Origin: the human T2T-CHM13v2.0 reference genome, Homo sapiens
Assembly: GCF_009914755.1 (NCBI RefSeq)
Contig: NC_060926.1
DNA length: 64,000 nucleotides
Direction: 5' to 3' (one strand)
The first letter of the stretch is position 1. Every line of letters begins with the position of its first letter. The position numbers and the translations under genes were made by a program. This document shows, one piece after another, positions 56,579-64,000 of the stretch. The notes under the pieces were generated by a model. It saw only the letters and a list, made by a program, of their open reading frames with translations. It searched no databases and had not been told where the DNA came from.

Positions 56579-59121
56579 TAGACAGACCTCATTTTACTGC
56601 ACTTTACTATGCTCTGCAGATACTGTGTTATAAATGGAAGGTTTGTGGAAATTGTGCATCCAGTAATCCTATTGGCATCATTTTTCCAAACAACATGTGT
56701 TCCCTTAATGTCTGTGTGTTACATTTTGAAAATTCTTGCAATATTTTAAAATTTGTCATTATTAATATTACAGCTATTATGGTGATCTGTGATTAGTGAT
56801 CTTTGATGTTACTATTGTGATTATTTTGGGGCACCACACACCATGGCTATACAAGAAGGCAAACTTAATCGACAAATGGTTGTCTGATTGTTGTTCCACT
56901 GACTGGAAGTTACCCCTTCTTTTTTCCTCTCCTTGGGTCTCTCTATTCTCCAAGACAAAATAATATTGATGTCAGACCAGTTAATGACTCTGAAATGGCC
57001 TGTAGATCTTCAAATGAAAGGAAAAGTCACACATATCTCACCTTACATCTAAAACTGGGTATGATGAAGTGAGGAAGGGATATTGAAAGCTGAGACAGGC
57101 CAAAAGCTAGCCCTCTTGCATCAAGCAGTTAGCCACATTGTGAATGCAAAGGAAAAAGTGCTTGAAGGAAATTAAAAGTGATAATCCAGGGAATATACGA
57201 ATGATAAGAAAAAGAAACAGCCTAATTGCTGATATGGAGAAAGTCTGAGTGTTCTGGACATACAATCAAGCCAACCACAACATTCCCTTAAGGCAAAGCC
57301 TAATCCAGAGCAAGGCCCTCACTCTCTTCAATTCTATGAAGGTTGGAAGAGGTGAGGAAGCTGCAGAAGAAAAGTTTGAAGCCAGCAGAGGTTGGTTCAT
57401 GAGGTTTAACGAAAGAAACTGTCTCCATATATAGAAGTGCAAAGTCAAGCAGCAAGTGCTGATGGAGAAGCTGCAGAAAACTATCCAGAATATTTAGCAA
57501 AGATTATTGATGAAGGTGGCTTCAATAAACAACAGATTTTCAATGTAAATGAAAAATCCTTACATTAGAACAAGATGCCATCTAGGACTTTCATAGCTAG
57601 AGAGGAGAAGTCAATGCCCGGCTTCAAAGCTTCAGAAGACAAGCTGACTCACTTTTTAAGTGCTAATGCAGCTGGTGACTTTAACTGGAAGCTAATGCTC
57701 ATTTACTGTTCCAAAAATCCTAGGGCCCTTAAGATTTATGATAAATCTACTCTGCCTGTGCTCTGTAAATGGAACAAAGCCTGGATGATAGCATGTCTGT
57801 TTACAGCACAGTTTGCTGTTTATTTTAAGCCCACTGAGACCTGTTGCTTAGAAAAATATTTCTTGCAAAATGTTACTGCTCATTGACAATGTACCTTGTC
57901 ACCCAAGAGCTCTGATGAAGTTGTAGAAGAAAATTAATGTTGTTTTTATGCCTGCTTACATAACATCCATTCTGTAGCCCAAGGATCAAGGAGTAATTTC
58001 GATTTTCAAGTCTTATGATTTAAAAAGTACATTTTGTGCTTGCTTACACAGCATGTTTATTAAAATTAGAATGATACAGAGAAGATTAGCATGGGCCCAG
58101 CACAGGAATGACATGAAAATTCTTGAAGAATTCCATATTTTTGAAAATTAAAAAAAATTACAAGGGTATAGTTGCCATACATAGTGATTCCTCTGATGGA
58201 TCTGGGCAAAGTAAATTAAAAATCTTCTGGAAATAATTCAGCATTCTAGATGCTATTATGAACATTCATGATTCATGAGGAGGCCGAAATATCAACATTA
58301 ATGAGAGTCTGGAAGATGTTGATTTCAACTTTCATGGATGACATTGAGGGGTTCAAGGCTTCAGTGGCTAAAGTAATTGCAAATTTGATAGAAATAGTAA
58401 GAACTAGAATTAAAAATGGAGTCTGAAGATATGACTTAATTGCTGCAATCTCATGATAAAACTTGAACAAATGAGGAAGTGCTTCTTATGGATGAGCAAA
58501 TAAATTTTTTTGTTTGTTTGTTTGCGATGGAGCCTACTCCTGGTGAAGATGCTGTGAACATTGTTGAAATGACCACAAAGAGTTTAGAAAACTTAATTTG
58601 ATAAGGTATTCTAAATGCATAAACTTAACTGATAAAGCAGTGACAGAGATTGTGAGGATTGATTCTAATTTTGAAAGTTCTACTATGGGCAAAATGCTAT
58701 CAAACAGCATAGTATGCTACAGAGGAGTTTTTCATGAAAAGCAGAGTCAATCTGTGGAGCAAGCATTTTTGTTTTCTTATTTAAAGAAGTTTGCACAGCC
58801 ACCCCAATATTCAGCAACAATCACCCTGATTAGTTGGCAGCCATCAACGTCAAGGCAAGACCCACCACTAGCAAAAGATCATAACTCTCTGAAGGTTCAG
58901 ATGATCATTACCACTTTTTTAATATAGGTTTTTTAAATTAAGATATGTACATTATGGTTTTACACATAATACTATCACACACTTTATATACTATGCTATA
59001 AAGTACACATAACTTTTGAATCCCTTGGAAAACCAAAAAAATTTTGTGCCTTACTTCATTATGATATTTACTTTATTGTATTTTTCTGGAACCAAGCCTA
59101 CCATATCGCTGGGGTATATCT
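56579..59121 (+). mobile_element. Near full-length Tigger1 with decayed transposase
   Basis: TIR-like ends. Transposase fragments [34 protein letters not shown] and [19 protein letters not shown] are broken by stops and frameshifts. Confidence 0.93.
58036..58142 (+). pseudogene. Full-length U6 snRNA retropseudogene inserted in Tigger1
   Basis: gtgcttgctt...aaaattagaatgatacagagaagattagcatgg...ttccatattttt aligns end to end with U6 (roughly 20 substitutions counted by eye), followed by an A-rich tail. Tigger1 resumes afterwards. Confidence 0.92.
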
Positions 59122-60904
59122 CCTTTCCATCTTGTTTCTCTAGGAATTTGTGATAGTTAACAGAAAAGATATATGCAATAAAGCGGAAAAACACAAGTTA
59201 GAACTCAGAGTTAAGAATACTAGAAATTATAATAAGAGGTCAATATCATGGTTAACAACAACACAGATACTCAGGTCATAAACTTCTACACTGCTGTTAT
59301 AATTGAGCTTTGAATTTGTTTCTAGGACTTCTGGCAGCTGAAGTGAAATAAGGAGGTGAGAAATTGTATAGACATTATTTTTTCTTATGGAAAAGTAAAG
59401 AAGGTATTTAGACGTGGATGATAGACATGTTTTTCTGTACCAGAACATTTCAAGTGCTTCCAATTTTGTTTTGGAGATTTATTATTATTATTTTTAGTAA
59501 ATCCAGTGCAGTCTTAAGTACAATCTGTTGCATATCATTTTATTCTTGGCTTAACTTCTAAATATTTGTGTGATTTGAGTAATTCCTTTAACTTTTCTTG
59601 ACTTTGGTTTCTTCATCTGTAAAGGAAGGGGACTGGGCAAGATGACCTGCACTCAAGTCCTTTGTAATTCTAATATCCCACATCCAATGGGTTCCCATTT
59701 TCCCAACATAGAGAATAGCACTTGCTATTTAAAAAGCCAAGTTTGCCTTTTTATAAGTTTGCTTATATTGTATAGGTGAGTCTCTTCTTAGGAAGAAATA
59801 GTTTTAAGTTAGGGGTCACCTGTCAATTATGTCAAATTCTCCTAAGAATTAAATAAGAGAAGGACTGATCAGTTTGGTTCATTTGCGAGAGATCACAAGA
59901 AATGAAAAGTTAATTTCAGAGTGGAATGAGTATCAACTTCCTGGTGTACTGGGTATCTACTTCCTAGCATGTCTCTTTACATCCTTTGATTTGTGGCCCC
60001 AGCTGTACTCACTGTGTAATTGGACCCACACACTGTTAATGTAAGGAAGGCAGGAACTGGGTCTTTCTTACTCCATTGAGAGTCTTGAAGGTGTCAGGAG
60101 AGAGTGTCTGCTCAATAAATGTTGACTGACAATTGACTCTTGAATCTTCTTACTCCTATTGACATGCTACCAAAATCAGTGTTTTGTCAACCCCTGAAGT
60201 CCTAGCACAGATGCATCTAACATGAGATTTAGCATCTAATGTCATTGTTTATCTTGAAAATTTTTGGAGTCAAAATAACCTTTGAAAATCTCTTAAGAGG
60301 CTTATAAATTATGGTATGTTGGATTTTGTGAAAAAATCTTATAAAGTTGTGTGTGTGTATATCCTATTTAAGAATGTATAATATATAATAAATGTACAAG
60401 TTAAATATGTTTACTATATTTTTAATCATATGAGGATGAAAGAGAAATGAAAGAATAAAAAAAGGAAAATGATAATGTAGCACCGTATTTGCAAGAGTTA
60501 AAAGCATATGATACAACACCATTCCATCCCTAAATAGCAGCAGCTAGATTGTGGACTATGAAATGGGCAATGTGTGAATTGATAACAGGATAAGTATGAT
60601 TCCCAGTTCACACTCCATGTCTCTAGGAGAAGCCTACAGGCCATGGTATTTATTGTTATTATCTGGAGCTGGTCCATAGGACATACCTCCTGACTACTTG
60701 CACAACTGGTCAGGGTGAGACTCATTTCTCCCTTCTTCCAACTTCATCGTCATATCAATACATCCAGGAATATGTTGTTAGGTAGTGATAAGGGTCTTTG
60801 GAAGTCTAGAGCAAAAAGAGTTCTGTGAGATCCTTTGGAAATCTTCACAAGCCAATGCAAAGCCTATCTGATCACCCACCATTTCAACCCTGAGGGTAGC
60901 TGGG

Positions 60905-61306
60905 TCAGGCAGGATGGGCTAGGTTATACTACAATATCACACAATTCCAAAACCCCAGGGGATTAAGACCACAAAGCCTTATTTACATTTCTTACTCATG
61001 CTACATGTCCATCATGGACTGGCTTGGGGCTCTGCTCCAATTCAACCTCATTCTGAAACTCAGGCTGTTGGAACAGCCACAACCTGAAATCTGTTAGTCA
61101 CCATGGCAGAAAGTAAGAGAAATGAAGCAAGTCACACATGAGATCTTTAACACTTACACTGGAAGAGACACATATCCCTTCTGTGCACTTTGCATTGGCC
61201 AAATCATATTATGTCACTATGTCTTATATCAAGAAGAGCAAGTACAATCCTGCCCTATGCTTAGAAGTACAATTGGAAAACTTGCTGAATAGCATTAATG
61301 ACCACT
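60905..61306 (-). mobile_element. Old MLT1 (MLT1K-like) LTR
   Basis: caggatgggctaggttat ... ctcatgctacatgtccatcat ... ggaagagacaca. Confidence 0.65.
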
Positions 61307-61585
61307 GCAATAAACATGTGCCAAAGAGTGAATTTGGTAGGGTTTCCAGGTCCATCCTGATCTGGTTTTATGTTCTTGAATAATCTTTAGTTGTTTCAGC
61401 TCAGGCACACTGAATGACTCACGTATGGCAGAGGAGGAACAAATAGCCTTGTCCCTCTTCCCTTTTATTTAATAAAGAAAGAAAGAAGGAAACAAGGAGA
61501 AAGAAACAAGAAAGAAATTAGTCCTAGTAGAATTTCATGTGTCATTTGATGGCCAGAAAGATCAGTTTTTTGTTCAATTAATGCC

Positions 61586-62106
61586 TATGGTAGACTGAAT
61601 AATTAACTCCCTCAAAGATATCCATATCTTAATTCCTGAAATCTGTAGTATATGTGACATTGTATGACAAAGCAAAATCAAGGTTCAAGATGGAATTAAG
61701 TTTACTAGCCAGCTGATCTTAATATAAAGATTATGCTGGATTATCTAGGTGACCTGATGTAATCACAAGGTTTATTAAAATTGAAGGAGGGAGGCAGAAA
61801 AGGAGGTCAGAAGTCAGATGGTGTGATGGGAGAAAAGGACTCAACCCTCCATTGCTAGCTTTGTAGATGGAGAAAGGTGGTCATGAGGCAAGCAATGTAA
61901 GCAGCCTCCGGGAGCTGGAAATAGCAATAAGACCATTTCTCCTGCGAAACCTCCAGAAAGGAATGCAGCCCTGGCGGCACCTTGATTTTATCCCAGTGAG
62001 ATCCATGTCAGACTTCTGACCTACAGAACTGTGAGATGATAAATGTATTGTTTTAAGCCACTCATTTTCTGACAATTTTAAAAAGCAGCAATAGAAAAGC
62101 AATACG
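61586..62106 (+). mobile_element. MLT1D-like MaLR solo LTR
   Basis: tatggtagactgaataat ... cctccagaaaggaatgcagccct ... aatacg with perfect TSD atgcc. Confidence 0.85.
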
Positions 62107-62914
62107 ATGCCTTTATGTTTTTTGAACTAACTTGTACTTCAAAAACCATGGCTACTCTAACAAGTTCATACACTATTTCAATAATTTGGCTCTGTAATAT
62201 GTAGTTAAAAGGAATAAAAGGAGGCACATTGGTCTGCATGTTATTGTTATTTTCTTTGGAGAAAAACTCTGTTAATCCATGTGGCAGAATATGTCACCTC
62301 TTCTACCTTAAGGAGAAATGTGGCTTGGTGTGCAGGTAGAGGCTTTAGTGTCTGAATTCTTAGCTCTATTGGGAACAGACACAAACTTTCTAATTCACAT
62401 GCTAAACTTTGTTGGCTGTCACTCCCTGTGTTTCCATTGCTTCCTGTGGCTGTGTCAAAGCCTCTTATAGCATCCACCCATCTTTGTAGCTGCTTTTAAT
62501 TCAGAGACCGTATTTTGAGAAAGACTGAATCAAAAGATATTCAGAAAGAAAGTGATATCTTGAGATTACATAGTAAGATAAACATAGGCAGGAACCTTTT
62601 TTTTTTTTCTCATATGCTTCAATGACGTTCTCAGAATTTGGGGTGAAAAATGTCTGAAATAAACAAAGCTATGTGGCATGAGAAGGTCTTGAAGGACTCC
62701 GGAGTGGAAATGTACTGGCATTAGAAAACTGAGAGGAACAGTGATGGAGTTAACATTAGACTTTGAGTTTGAAATCCTAGAGACCAAGTTCTGGCTCGGT
62801 CACTCACTACATGAGTAAACTTTGACAAGTCGTTTAACTTTTCTCAGTCTTCGTTCCTCGTCTTTAACATGGGAATATGACGCTGACTTCCAGTTTCCAT
62901 TTGGAGATACTATT

Positions 62915-64000
62915 ATTTTACACAAGATTTTTGGCTTTCAACAAAAAATTACCAGCCCTGTTGAAAAGCAAGGAAAATAGAAAAACACTTCCAAGGGATG
63001 AAGCAACCAACAGAACCAGACCTAGGTATGGCAGAGATGTTGGAACTATATGGCAGGGAATTACAAATCATGATTATAATTTAAATGGTTCTGATGGAAA
63101 AGGCAGATGGCATGCAAGCTCGCATGATTAGTTACAGCAGAGAGATAAGAACTGTAAGGTAAAACTAAATGCTAAATGGAAATGCTAAAAATGTAAAACA
63201 TGGTAACCAGATGAAGAATGCCTCTGATAAATATATCAGTAGAATGAACTTAGCCAAGGAAAGAATCAATGAGCTTAAAGATAGGTCAATACAAATTATC
63301 CATCTGAAAAAAAAAAAAAAGGAAAAATAAAGGAAACAAAAACAAAATTATAAAAGAACATCCAAGAGCTGTATTCTAATATATATGCAATTAAAATTCT
63401 AGAAGGAAAAGAGAAAAGCAGAACAGGATAGGAAAACTATTTTAAGAAATTATGGCTGAATTTTTTTTCGGAATTAATAAGCATGAAGTCACAGATCCAA
63501 GAAGCTCTTTGGATAGAAGAGAAGTTAATACTAGGCAGAAACTTGGATCTATGCAAATGAAATGTCAGAAATGGAATAAATGAAGGTTTTTTTTCATATT
63601 TCTAATTATTCTAAAAATATCTGATGATTTAAAGCAAAATATATAGTGTGTTTATGACATTTGTAAAAATAAAATATGTGATGATATTAGCACAAAAGAT
63701 CAGAGGAGATAATTTGGAATGTATACTTGTAAAAACCTCACACTGGATGTGAAGTGGTATGTTAAAATTTGAAGGTAGATTCTGCTTAATAAAAAACATC
63801 TAAATCCTGGAGCAACCACACACTTTTAAACAAAAGATAAATAATGAATCAATAAAGAAAGTAAAACAGAATCACAAACAAGTTCTCATTTAATGCAAAG
63901 CAGAGCAGAAGTTTTAAAAAGGAATAAAAAACATATGACACAAATAGAAAATAGCTAGTTAATTTATCCCTATCTACAATCTTAACAAATGCGAATGGTC
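62915..64000 (+). mobile_element. Old L1M (L1MC-like) ORF1/inter-ORF fragment, runs off the window
   Basis: A-rich L1M motifs cagagatgttggaacta, aagaatcaatgagcttaaagataggtcaata, cagatccaagaagctc. Confidence 0.72.

Noticed and set aside
57249-58927. Tigger transposase as a functional TIGD-like domesticated gene
   Set aside because: Multiple stops and frameshifts, plus a U6 insertion in the ORF.

Overview
AT-rich, CpG-depleted primate (most likely human) genomic DNA. It is not prokaryotic and has no operon or CRISPR array. The only credible protein-coding sequence is one 106-nt internal exon on the minus strand (20202-20307, AG/GT-flanked) encoding NLESSRMYDVLEPQQGRGCGSSGSGPGNSITACKK. From memory this is exon 2 of SPHKAP (SKIP, a PKA-RI-specific AKAP, 2q36), so the rest of the window is intron 1 (right of the exon) and intron 2 (left). 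The introns hold a typical mix of Alus, L1PA/L1M fragments, L2/MIR, MaLR/ERV solo LTRs (MLT1, MST, THE1, MLT2A, MER31, MER67), two Tigger1 copies, small DNA transposons, microsatellites and two snRNA retrocopies (tailless U2, full-length U6). Most other ORFs in the track are repeat-derived or chance. I found no convincing new biological system. The most notable observations are several inverted-repeat pairs bracketing the lone exon, antisense snRNA copies, a twin-primed L1 that lost its tail, a possible orphan retro-insertion and small fold-back rearrangements. Repeat subfamily calls are by eye from remembered consensus sequences, and boundaries of old elements are approximate.
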